Below, one piece after another: positions 14,647-27,372 of a DNA stretch of 64,000 nucleotides. The stretch comes from the human T2T-CHM13v2.0 reference genome, Homo sapiens: assembly GCF_009914755.1 (NCBI RefSeq), contig NC_060939.1; one strand, given 5' to 3'. A program made the position numbers and the translations under genes. The notes below the pieces were generated by a model. That model searched no databases. It was not told where the DNA came from and was given only the letters and a program-made list of their open reading frames with translations. How positions within the stretch are numbered: the first letter of the stretch is position 1; the number at the start of each line of letters is the position of its first letter.

Positions 14647-15420
14647 TCTTTTTTAATTTTTTTTAAATTATACTTTAAGTTCTAGGGTACATGTGCACAA
14701 CATGCAGGTTGGTTACATATGTATGCATGTGCCATGTTGGTGTGCTGCACTCATTAACTCGTCATTTACACTAGGTATATCTCCTAATGCTATCCCTCCC
14801 CTCTCCCCCCACCCCACAACAGGCCCCGGTCTGTGATGTTCCCCTTCCTGTGTCCAAGTGTTCTCATTGTTTAATTCCCACCTATGAGTGAGAACATGCA
14901 GTGGTTGGTTTTTTGTCCTTGTGATAGTTTGCTGAGAATGATGGTCTCCAGCTTCATCCATGTCCCTACAAACGACATGAACTCATCATTTTTTATGGCT
15001 GCATAGTATTCCATGGTGTATATGTGCCACATTTTCTTAATCCAGTCTATCATTGATGGACATTTGGGTTGGTTCCAAGTCTTGCTATTGTGAGTAGTGC
15101 CGCAATAAACATACGTGTTCACGTGTCTTTATAGCAGCATGACTTATAATCCTTTGGGTATATACCCAGTAATGGGATGGCTGCGTCAAATGGTATTTCT
15201 AGTTCTAGATCCCTGAGGAATTGCCACACTGTCTTCCACAATGGTTGAACTAGTTTACAGTCCCACCAACGGTGTAAAAGTGTTTCTATTTCTCCACATC
15301 CTCTCCAGCACCTGTTTCCTGACTTTTTAATGATCGTCATTCTAACCGGTGTGAGATGGTATCTTATTGTGGTTTTGATTTGCATTTCTCTGATGGCCAG
15401 TGATGATGAGCATTTTTTCA
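14647..15420 (-). mobile_element. L1PA 3' fragment (5'-truncated)
   Basis: Primate L1PA 3'UTR plus ORF2 C-terminus ([28 protein letters not shown]). 15-bp TSD tgcagacac(t/c)gtctt at 14632-14646 / 15421-15435. Confidence 0.95.
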
Positions 15421-15941
15421 TGCAGACACCGTCTTAAGGAAGCTAGACCATCTCCTCCTGTGTGTCCCCAAAGCTCTCATCAGACTTCTTCCGAGTCTCA
15501 TCAGCAGAATTTTGTCACTAGCCTTTTCTAAGCCAAATGCCAGCAAGGGTAATAGGATTACAAAGATAAAATTAAACTATCTTCAATAAAACTGGTATTA
15601 TGACATCAACAAGAAATATCCATTGCCCCTTCCCCATATTCCTGCTCCAGTAATGGGTGATTAATTTATTCCTCCCCCTTGAAGTCTTGGGTTATTCTTG
15701 GGGCAGCGGGGGGCAGTGTGTGTGGCATGTTCTTCAACCTCTTTCAAAACCTTTGAGCTGTTAGCATCCTATTCATTCCCTGTGTTGAAGTGACCAGTGC
15801 TGAGTGGGGAGGATGGAGGCACTTTAGATACTGTTGAGGGTAGAGCCAGGTAAAAACTCATGAGTAGGTCTGAATTGCAGACTACTGTGAGAATATGTCT
15901 CACCATATTTCTCTTTTTCTCTTAATGTCACTTTTTAAAAC

Positions 15942-16253
15942 TTTTTAATTTTTATTTATTTATTTGAGACAGGGTCTCGCTCTGTGGCCAAGGCTGGAGT
16001 GCAGTCGTGCACTCTTGGCTCACTTCAACCTCTGTCCTCCTAGGTTCAAGTGATTCTCCCACCTCAGCCTCCTCAGTAGCTGGGACTACAGGGGCACGCC
16101 ACCATGCCAGGCTAATTTTTGTATTTTTTTTTTGTTAGAGGTGGGGTTTCACCATGTTGGCCAGGCTGGTCTTGAATGCCAGACCTCAAATGATCTGCCT
16201 GCCTTGGCCTCCCAAAGTGCTGGGATTGCAGTCGTGAGCCACCATGCCTGGCC
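15942..16253 (-). mobile_element. Alu (J/Sx)
   Basis: Antisense Alu dimer. Confidence 0.93.
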
Positions 16254-17554
16254 TCCCTTTTTTATTTTTTAAGTGAAAAAAGAAACATCTCTCAGTGTAA
16301 GAGCTAATCTTTCACCTAGCTTTTGAAGCTTATTGTGCCAAAAAGTTATCTGCCTCCTTATCTGGATTGACAGTACCGAGTTGTCTCCTATGAGCTGCAG
16401 TTGCCCTTGCTCAATCTAGTTGTAGGTTTCAATTTTCCCTTACCAGCTTGACTGAAGCTGGCTGATGATAGAAGATTAGAGACCCTCTTACTCACCTCTC
16501 TTGCTTGCAGGTGAGAAAACAGCGACCCAGGCAGATTCTATGACTTGTAGTCTGCCAAATAATTAGTGAAAAAACCAGACTAGAACCCAGATCTGTAGGC
16601 TCCTAGTTCCCAGTCTAACAGACAGTTATACCAGATACTTCTCATCTCAAATTTTCTGACCTTTTATATGAAATTGGAGCCACTGACCTGTCATTAACAA
16701 TGGTTATAAGCTCAGTGGTTGTATAGAGCAATGGTTCATTTTGATTGCTCAAAAAATGTCTTTTGATCACAGTCTGAAAGAGAATTCCTCTTCACAAGGC
16801 TTTCTTTGAAGGAGCATTTTTTTTAATCCCTCTAGGGTTGTAAATTCTGTGGGCCCACAGGCCCCTTTCTGCCCAGTCTCACCCTGTTGCCTCTAGCACT
16901 AGATGGGAAGCACAAGTATATGTGAAGAGTCCTCCTGTGACCAGTGACATGAGTGAGAAGGACGCCTTTGTTAAGCCTGCAGTGAAATCTGTGGCCTTGG
17001 AATAGAATAGAGCTGCACACTGGAATTTGGACAAAAACTTGAATTTCACCCTCAAAAGCTACCAACCCTCTGGCCTAGTGTAGCTCAGTGTTCCTTCTGT
17101 TAGAGTATTTTCTTCTTGCTGCCACAGTTGTAATGCAGATTCCCTCATGTGGAAAGCTACCTGGATGGGAACATTATCCACTTAACGAATGTATACTGGG
17201 AGTTGGCTAGTTACCAGGAACGAAGGGACCAATGATGCATTCAACTGACGTGCTACCTGCCTTTGGGGAGTTAGAGGGCAGTGAGGGTGCCCACCCCTGG
17301 ACAGGTGAGTGTAGCAGGCCATGTGGTAGGCAGCAGAGAGAGGAAGAGGGCACTGTGGCAGTACTAGGGGATACATAACTCCAGCTAGGAGGGGGAAGTC
17401 GTTGGGGAGAGCTTCCCAGAGGATGTGAATGGAAGGATGAGAAGCAGTTGGCCCGTGAAGACCACAGGGTTTGGAGGTGTGAGGAGATTTATTACAAAAG
17501 AGGGAATGGCACATGGAAAGTCATGGAAGTTGGTAATAACCCAGGGTTTCTTTT

Positions 17555-17873
17555 CTCTTTCTTTCTTTTTCTTTCTTTTTTTTTTTTTTTTTGAGATGGA
17601 GTTTCACTTTTTTGCCCAGGCTGGAGTGAAGCCGTGCGATTTCGGCTCACCGCAACCTCCACCCCCTGGGTTCAAGTGATTCTCCTAACTCATTCTCCCA
17701 AGTAGCTGGGATTATAGGCGCCCGCCACCACGCCCGGCTAATTTTTGTATTTTTAGTAGAGATGGGGTTTCACCATGTTGGCCAGGCTGGCCTCAAACTC
17801 CTGACCTCAAGTGATCTGCCTGCCTCAACCTCCTAAGGTGCTGGGATTACAGGCGTGAGCCACCGCACCCGGC
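17555..17873 (-). mobile_element. AluS
   Basis: Antisense Alu. TSD ccag(g/a)gtttctttt. Confidence 0.94.
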
Positions 17874-18904
17874 CCAGAGTTTCTTTTACTTAATGAACCC
17901 ACAGAGTATTGCTTGTTTTTTTACAAATGTTTACAGAGGTACACTGCAGCCTATCCTGATCCCCACAACTGAAACCCAGAAATAAAATACGTAGCATTTG
18001 TCACTTCGTGGGCATGCAATTAAACAGAATTTCATTTCTGATGTTACTAATAGCATTTCTAATAAGCTCAGCTGTACATCGACTTTTAGATATTACTAAC
18101 TTGAGAGCTTTTTTCCCCATAAGCCAATTATATTCAAATTGCTAAATGCTGATTTAAAAAGAAAGTCGCAGCAATTACTTTGATCTATTATACTACAGAG
18201 AGGTCCTATTGTATTAGGGATATTTACCACTGGGCTTTTTGTTTTTATTGTGTGCCATTATAATAGACTTTTGTCTCCTCTCTTCCTGTCATAAAGTCAG
18301 CTTTCCCATCTGACTGATATTGGTGTTCCTGACCATAGCACTCCATCTCTTCTCCTCCAATCAGATGTGGGCTTTGCAAACCATATTATCATGTGTGTTA
18401 GAAGTGCATATGATATAAAATCACATTGATTTTGAGTGAGGAGCTCTTCTCTGAGTAATACATTTCTGTTCATGGGCATCAACGTTGGGGGCCTTCATGA
18501 TTTTCACTATTCTCAATCATTTCCCCTTCTTTCTTTTCAGTTGTGTTCTAAAGAGGAAAGCTTTCTGAATAACTGAATTTCATGTAGATGAGGACCTTTA
18601 TGCTCTGAATACAGAATATAAAATCTCATGTCTATTTCCTGTTTTGCAGGCCTGTAAACATTAGTGGGGATGTAAGCAGCAGGTTATACCCATGATGGGT
18701 CATGGTTGTAGGCAAGGTGGCCAGAAACCATATTATTCGCAGAATAAGAGTAGCTTACAAGGGAGGCCTTAGAGGCCAGAAAAGCCAAAGTTCAGTTCCA
18801 AAGAAGGCTTTATAAGCCTCAGACTCAAGGGGTGAATCAAAACCTGAAAACCAAAACCAAATAGGCAAGAGATTGGTGAACTGTCTTTTTTTTTTTTTTT
18901 TTTT

Positions 18905-19275
18905 AGTTGTTATAATATTGTGTAACAAACCACTCCCACACTCAGTGGTTACAACAGTAAACATTTATTTTGTCATCATATACCTATTAGGTCAGTTTTG
19001 GCTTGGCTTGGCTGAGATTGGCTGGGTTTGTCTAGACTGGCTCTAGGGGTTGGAGCCACACGGACCAGGCAGAAGGAACAGCCATTACCTAGGACATGTG
19101 GCTCTCCTGGCAGAGGACAGGAGGGACAATAGTGGAAGCAGCAAGTGATGCCTCTGCTCAGAACTTGCACCTGCCATTTCCTCTACATGGCCCAGTCTAT
19201 AGTCAATGGGGTGGGGAAGTATTGGTGAACAAGGGCAGGGAGGGAAAATTGTGAATAAATAATACATTCCACCCC
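18905..19275. mobile_element. Old MLT1 (MaLR) LTR fragment
   Basis: tgtgtaacaaaccactcccacactcagtggtt...aacatttattt resembles MLT1 LTR ends. Highly diverged. Confidence 0.55.
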
Positions 19276-19645
19276 AATAGTTGATAAGAGAATAGTTTGT
19301 TGGAAAAAGCAAAGAGGGTGGAAGGTTAACATTTCAGGATACCAAAATGCAAACAAGAGGGCACCAGAAAGCTCTGGTTGACAGAGACCTCTTTTATTGG
19401 GCCCAGGTCACATGAGTGGTCTGAGAAAGACAGAGCTGGGATGGACAGCAGGCTCTAAAGAGAGGGGCTGTGTATCTGAGAGTGATGGTCAGTCAGGCCC
19501 AGCATCTGCACTCTTTGGAAGGCTTACCTTATAGTGATGTTTTTTATTTTAGATTCAGGGGGTACATGTGCTTGTTTGTTACATAGGTGTTACATGCTCA
19601 GTGGTGGAAGTTGGGCTTCTAGTGTACCCATCACCTAAGTATTGA

Positions 19646-20025
<380 letters not shown>

Positions 20026-20539
20026 CCAGCACTCTTTTCATCTTATTGAAGATTGATGTAATTCTTTTCTGGCTGGTTGCACAAATAAAAATTTACCAGC
20101 TAGACCACAATTATGTTTAATTGAATACTTTAACAACAACGAAATATTCAACTTACCTTTTGAGTGTTCAGTAATTCTAGCCTTGGCCTGTGTTATTTTG
20201 TCACTCCTGTTTCCTAAAATTATAGTTTTTATTTTGAAATCTCATCAGGAATGCTTTAGCATGATCATTAAATAAATGTTCCCAGCTGTGAAGGTGATGC
20301 CATTCTCTTGGACACCTTGACTTAAAAACTCCGAGTCATCCAATTCCTGTATCATATCTTTTAAGTTGCCAAGTATAGGTGGCTTTATTTGTGGAATGTC
20401 CCTCACTTCCTTCTCCTGTCTATTCCTCTGCCACAACCTGGCAGTAATTACCTCTCACCTGGATAATTGCATTAGCCTCTTGGGAGCCTCTTAATCAGTC
20501 ACTACATCATGTTCAACCGCCATATTATGTATTTTTTCT

Positions 20540-20704
20540 CTTAATTTTTATTTTTACATAATTTTAGATGTACAGAAGTTTTGAGAAAAGTACAAAGAAT
20601 TCCAGAATACCCTACATCTAGATTCCCCATATATTAACACTTTATAACATTTGCTTTTTTCATTCTCTGTCTCTCACTTTTATACACATACATATATGTG
20701 TGTG

Positions 20705-20735
<31 letters not shown>

Positions 20736-20930
20736 CTTTATTTCTGAACAATTTGATAGTTGCAGACATTATGTTTCTTTACCCGTAAATGCTTCGGTGT
20801 ACATTTCCCCAAAACAAGAACATAAGCTCAATACAGTTATCAAATCAGGAATTACACTGACACAATACTATTTTCTAATCTACAGACCATATTCAGATTT
20901 GGCTGATTATGCCAATAATACCCTTAGCTT
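20540..20930 (-). mobile_element. Old L1M 3'UTR fragment (continues about 21655-21810)
   Basis: Antisense L1MB/MC-like end, interrupted by the L1PA below. Confidence 0.55.
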
Positions 20931-20942
20931 AAAAAAAAAATT

Positions 20943-21650
20943 CCAACAACAGATGCTGGTGAGCTTGCGGAGAAATAGGAACGCTTTTACAATGTTGGTG
21001 GGAATTTAAATTAGTTTAATGACTGTGGAGGACAGTGTGATGATTCCTCAAAGATCTAGAACCAGAAATACCATTTAACCCAGCAATCCCATTACTGGGT
21101 ATATACCCAAAGGAATAGAAATCATTCTATTACAAATACACATGTACGCATATGTTCATTGCAGCATGTTCACAATAGCAAGGACATAGAATCAACGAAT
21201 CAACTCAAATGCCCATCAACAATACACTGGATAAAGAAAATGTGGTACATATACACCGTGGAATACTATGCAGTCATAAAAAAATAAAAATAAAAAAACG
21301 AGATCATGTCTTTTGCAGAGACATGGATGGAGCTGGAAATCATTATCCTCAGCAAACTAATGCAGGAACAGAAAATCAAACACTGCATGTTCTTACTTAT
21401 AAGTGGGAGCTGAACAATGGGAACACGTGAACACAGGGAGGGAAACAATACACTTTGAGGCCTGTTGGGGGTTCGAGTTGGGGGAGGAAGAACAGTAGGA
21501 AAAGTAGCTAATGTATGCTGGGCTTATTATTTAGGGGGTGGATTCATAGGTTCAGCAAACCACCATGGCACACATCTACCAGTGTAACAAACCTGCACAT
21601 CCTGCACATGTATCCCAGAACTTAAAATAAAAATAAAAATTAAAAAAAAA
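20943..21650 (+). mobile_element. L1PA (older, about PA8-13) 3' fragment
   Basis: ORF2 end (ctagaaccagaaataccatttaacccagcaatccc), G-rich 3'UTR and A-rich tail. Confidence 0.9.
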
Positions 21651-21804
21651 CCCAGATGACACATTGCATTCAGTTGTCATGTGTGTTGAGTTTACTTCGA
21701 AGTAATTTCTCAGTTTTTCTTTATACTTCATGGCACTGATAACTTTAAAGAGTACAAGCCAGTTGTTTTATAGAGTAGTGCTCATTTGGAGTTTGTATGA
21801 TTTT

Positions 21805-22050
21805 TCTTTTTGCGCGATCTCAGCTCACTACAACCTCTGACTCCCTGGTTCAAACGATTCTCCTGCCTTGGCTTCCCGAGTAGCTGGGATTACAGGCACG
21901 TGCCACCACGTCCAGCTAATTTTTGTATTTTTAGTAGAGACGGGCTTTCACCATGTTGGCCAGAATGGTCTCCATCTCCTGACCTCATGATCCTCCCGCC
22001 TCGGCCTCCCAAAGTGCTGGGATTACAAGCGTGAGCCACTGAGCTGGGCC
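21805..22050 (-). mobile_element. AluS (3'-deleted)
   Basis: Antisense Alu missing the tail-proximal ~35 bases. Confidence 0.88.
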
Positions 22051-22349
22051 TGTCTGATGGTTTTTTATGATTAACATCACTTTTTTAAAAGTTCTACTCT
22101 GGCCAGAGAAATAGCTTCAGTTACTGCCTAATATATCCCCAGCAAAGTTCCTTTGTTCTGGCCTTAAGAATCTGACCTTACTACTCTTTCCAGCCTAAGT
22201 TTTTATACCCCAGCCAGACTGGACTACACAGTTGACAGTTATCTCTGACTGTTCTTAAGATGTGCCTTCACCCTGGATCATTTTCCTCATTCTCATTCCA
22301 CCGATTGACCTCTACTCTTCGTCTTTTAAAGACAAATGCAAATGCCGCC

Positions 22350-22717
22350 TGATACGATTTCGCTGTGTCTCCACCCAGATCTCATCTTGATCTGTAGTTC
22401 CCATAATCCCCGTGTGTCATGGGAGGGACCCAGTGGGAGGTAACTGAATCATGGAGGCAGTTACCTTCATCCTGTTCTTGTGATAGTGAGTTCTCACGAG
22501 ATCTGATGGTTTTTATAAGGGACTTTCCCCTGCTTTCCTATGCACTTCTTCTTGCTGCTGCCATGTGAAAAAAGGACTTGTTTCCCTTTCTGCCATGATT
22601 GTAAGTTTCCTGAGGTCTTCCCAGCCCTACAGAACTGTGAGTCAATTAAACCTCTTTCCTTTATAAATTACCCAGTCTTGAATATTTCTTCATAGCAGCG
22701 TGAGAATGGACTAATAC
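22350..22717 (+). mobile_element. THE1/MSTA-type MaLR solo LTR
   Basis: tgatacgatttcgctgtgtctccacccagatctcatcttg ... gaatggactaatac. Confidence 0.9.
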
Positions 22718-23759
22718 CCCATCTGAAAATATCCATATTTTCTCCCCAGTCATGGAATCATCCTTTCACTTTACTGATCCTCTCTTGCCTTTATTTAGAG
22801 TTTTATATTGATCACCATCAAAATTAAAATGGAATTATGAAATATAAGCCTATGAGCACTTAAAAAAAGGAAGCAGTAATTGTTAGTAGCCAGCATCCTA
22901 CAGTCAGGGCCAGGTACACCAGCATAATGTCATTTCCTTTTGTGATAAGATTGTGACACTGAAGGCTCAGGAAAAGAACAGAGGCATCTCCATCTGAGCA
23001 AGGCATGTGACCAAATCCTAAAGTGTGGACCAGGTACAGAAATGGTGAGCTGCACAGATTCCTAGCCCCTGGAACCCTCCTCTCCCAACATTGGGGCCCC
23101 CGATCCCCAACCTGAGGCTCAGCCTCGCCCTGTCTCAAGGAAAGAGGCTATTAGGTGGTGTAGCCCAGGTCACAACAGTGGCCAGTCTAACTTAGACTCT
23201 GTGTGGTATTTTTAGTCGGCTTTCTTGCTCCTGAAACCAAGTCCCCACTTGGTGTCCAAGTTCTAGTGACTACGTGTAGTTCTTATTTGTCTTCTATGCC
23301 TCAGTGTTCATCTGTTACCTCCAGCCCCATGTTTTTATCTTAATTATAGCTTCTCCTAGAAACTGAAGTCCTGCCCTTGACTCATAGCTGGGGCTTTAGA
23401 TTCTAGATTGTTTTCTTGATGCTAAATGTTTCTTGGATTTCTAAATATCTGCCTCTGTAATCCCTATCACTCCGCTCCCTTCACTTTTTAGAATAAGCCC
23501 ATTACGCTATGTGATCCTCATTCTCTGCCTTGCCCAGTTGACTACTTGCTTGTTGTCTGTTCCCATAATTTCTAGATATTGCTGCTGCCTGTATCAGGAA
23601 CTGAGTTCCCTTCAGCTCTGACATGTGGATTGGTCTTCTGATGCCTGACCTCTCCTTTGGCAGGTATACTTTTATGTAGGATCCTTTCTAAGTTGTCCTA
23701 ACCTGCCATTCCTGACCATAGATAGCCAAACTGTCTCTCATTACTGCAGAGTGTCAGCT

Positions 23760-25490
23760 AATTAAACATCCACGTATGTGGGCAGTTGACTGTGGGGTCA
23801 ATGTCAGTTTTGCAGAATATCTTTAGAGGATACTGAAGGGCTCTGGATTTGGTGCTGCTGTGCTGTTCAACTTTTTTGTTTCAAGGGCTAGAAGAAAGCT
23901 AGAGAAAGAATGTTTATCAGGTTTTCAGATGATCTGTAGCTCTTGGGAAGTAGTAAATATAATCCTTTAATACTTTGAGAATATTCTAAGACTACTATGA
24001 AAGGGCAAGACAAGTAATATACATATTACAATCAATAAATGTAAAGACCTTTACTTAGTTTCTAAAGGTAACTTCTCAAGTACAGGAAAAGAAAAAATAT
24101 ATTACCATAGTGATCAACACTTGGCAATCCAGCAGCACTGAACTATAAGTAACTCCTTTTTACATCATGCTGCTTCTCATTCTCTGGCTTTGACTTGACT
24201 TTTCTCTTCCACGAAGATATTCCTTCCCCACTGCTTTCATCTGCCTAACTCCTCCCCATGCTGTAAGACTCAGTCTCCTCCCCAGAGCCTAATTTGACAA
24301 CCCAGCCTGTGCTATTTGCTTTTCTTCTGTAGCTCAATGTGTTCCTCCTCCTTGTAGTGAACACATTACGGAATAGGTATATGGCCTGTATCCGTCTCCC
24401 AGAGGAGGCTGTGAGATCTCTAACAACTGGGGCCAGTTCTTCTTCATCTTTTATATCCAGTGCTTAGCCAGGCCGTGGCACATAGTGAATGTTGATTAAG
24501 TGTCTGAAGATGCTGGAACAGGCTTGGTCCTCCTCTAGGAGTGAGCCCATACAAGATCTAAAATTGCTTCAAGTTACTTTTCTGAATTCCACCTCTGAAA
24601 CCTGCTTTTTTATCCTTGTCTATCCCTTATTGAAGCCATTTCACTTTGGCTGTTAATATTTATCTTGACTTGCTCCTCAGATAATAAGTTTTTAGTTCTC
24701 GGTTGCTTTTGGGCCTACCCTCAACTTGGAGTTCCTTCTTTATTTTCTCCTTAGCCTGGGCCCCCAAACCCAGGACAAGGACTGGCCTGTTTACTCCTCT
24801 GCCCACATGCCCAGCTTCTGTTCCTGAGACCCAGCAAGGACGAAAGGCATTTCCTCGACTAGCCCTGTCCTGCCCCCTCTCTCCTCCCACCACACACCAT
24901 GCTCTCTTTGGCTAGGATGATGGCTGCAGCAGCAGGGCCTGAGGCTTTAGTTGACTTCAAGTATAAGACAAGCTATCAGCGTGTTATAGCTGCAAGAAAA
25001 GCACATGCTTTTGCATAATTCACGAGTACAGTATAATAAATATCATGAGAGGAAGCGACTCCATTACACTCTAAATAGATAGATCCAATTCAGGCATCAC
25101 ATTTAAGAATCATACAAATTTAGTTCCTCTACAGAAAGCAAACCAGAATGCAGAAAGATTTTCAGGCCCTCTTCTGGAAAATGGATAACCCAGGGCTACA
25201 CGAGTTCAATATGTGAATACCTGTTATAGAAAAAAATGTTAGAAATAGCATAGCTTTCTAAGTAGAGATTAAATTAAGTAAAGATTTTTGCTTAGTATAA
25301 GAGAAATTTCCTCTCAATAAGAACTATTCAAATGCAAATGACTGTTTTTATAGACAATAGTCCATCATTTTATATGTATAATTAAAAATATAATATGTAA
25401 TTATATATAATTTATAATATATACTTTTATATTTATATCATACAGATTATATATATGCTATATTTTTTAAGAGTGTTAGGAACAATTCTT
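23760..25490 (+). mobile_element. Ancient CR1/L3 LINE remnants interrupted by an L2 fragment (about 24130-24510)
   Basis: Degenerate CR1 reverse-transcriptase hallmarks (tttatcaggttttcagatgat; aataaatgtaaagac; cagcgtgttatagctgcaagaaaagc; ggcatcacatttaagaa). L2 end gcttagccaggccgtggcacatagt. Confidence 0.55.
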
Positions 25491-27354
25491 GGATACTAGA
25501 TATTCTACAGAATATTTATGTACTCTTGAGATAGATTGGACTACATAATCTGTAAGATCCCTTTAGCTTCTGAAATTCCAATCCTGTTAATGTATAAAGC
25601 ACCCATGTCAGCCTATTTTCTAAATTTATACATGTCTTATTGGTCCTACTATATTGCAAGCTCCTTGAATACAGGGATATTATATCTAATTCACCTTTGC
25701 TACCCTTGTAACAGTACATACATATTATACAGACTTGCTCAATAGGCATCTGATGAATAAATGTATGAATGTATGGATGGATGGATGAATGGATGGATGG
25801 ATAGATGAATAGATGGATCAAACAAAAACCATGTGGACTTCTCTAAGAGATTTTATGTGATCTTGAGAAATCCTTCAATTTCTTTCTCCAATTAATGAAA
25901 CGAACATTAACTAAGGATCCGACTACCTGCAGTGTTAGAGGAAATAGTAAATGTGTAATTTAAAGACGCTGGAAACGTACAAATGTTAGGCAAAAACAGT
26001 AAAACAGTATTTTGTTAATGATATTTGTTCCTGTCTCAAATCCTTCTATTAAAATTTAACTTTTTTTCAAATTATGGAATTTTATAGCTGACATTGAAGG
26101 CTCAGATGCATTTTTATCTGAGATTAATTTTTTTTACTATGCCATATTCTTTGTAAGAAATCTTCACAGGGCCATAAAATCTTTTTGTGGCATGGGTTAG
26201 AATACATTAACTCAATAATATGGCTTTAGTTATACTGCCTAATTTCAATGTGAGAAAAAATACCAACTTCACTATTAATTATTAACAGTAGCAGAAGTAG
26301 CATAAACACATGTTTGTCAGGGCTTAAAGCAAGATACTATTCCTTTATTCCCCCTAGGATTGATATGAATTTGTCCTCGCAGTTCACATCTGTTGGGTTA
26401 CGTGCTGCAGCCCCAAATCCCACCTGATTTACCCTATTCACAGCTACAGTAATAGCAGGGTGAGCTCCTGACCAAAGCCAGATCCATCACAGCCCTTTTC
26501 CTCAAAATCTGAGCTTGAGATTAAATATCAGCCTCTCTCCTCATAGCTGTGCCTATTACATGTTAAATCTGATGCTCACTTCTGCCATGTTTCCCAATGT
26601 ATTCCGAATAATTGAGGAAGTCTTCCTGGCTATTTGTTGTTTAAATTGCCTTTATAATGTATATGTATATATTATTGGGTCTCTGCTGATTGTAGTCTTC
26701 TGGAGAGCATTTATTAATTGAGATTCTTTGGGTTACAAGTAACATTGTAGGTAGTTTAAGAAAAAATCGTAAATCTAGCTTAAGGCTATTGGTACATCTA
26801 ATGGAATCCAAGACCACAGAGCTAGATAGACGGTATCAGCACTAGCACCCTGCCTGCTGATTAAGCCTGTTGCTTGGACAATTTTCAAAATTCAATTATT
26901 CACTTATTAAAATTTTTTCTCACCTCCTGTATATTTGCAGTGATTATTGGCCCTTTTTATTTTTCAAGTCCATTTCAAGTAGGTTTATGAAGATTGTCCT
27001 GGCTGAGGTCATCTTTTTATAAGCCAGAGTGTTTTACTTGCCATTAACAGTGAAAGCGTATTTATCAAACATGCTATCAATCTCAGTAACACAGAATCCC
27101 TATTAATGACATATTTCTGATAGAACAGTACAGTGAATATTACTTAGGTTCTTCAAGATCCCAAATTGCTTCCTGAAGTCTTTACAAGAAATGAAACAGA
27201 AACTGTAATTAGGTCTTTAGTGTTTCTTCATTCCATTAAAAAGTATCAGTTTGTATTTGCAACATATGATAGCGCCAACAGAATATTTAATTAGCTCAAA
27301 TCTAAGGCATTGCAGAGGATACACAAGGCTTTATCAGAAGCTAGATTAGCTCTG

Positions 27355-27372
27355 TGCCACCAGAGGGCGACC
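27355..27372 (+). promoter_or_regulatory. CTCF-binding motif
   Basis: gccaccagagggcgacc closely matches the CTCF core CCASYAGRKGGCR, with a retained CpG in AT-rich surroundings. Confidence 0.7.

Noticed and set aside
14713-15421. ORF2-like peptides
   Set aside because: Frameshifted fragments of a truncated L1PA. Non-functional.
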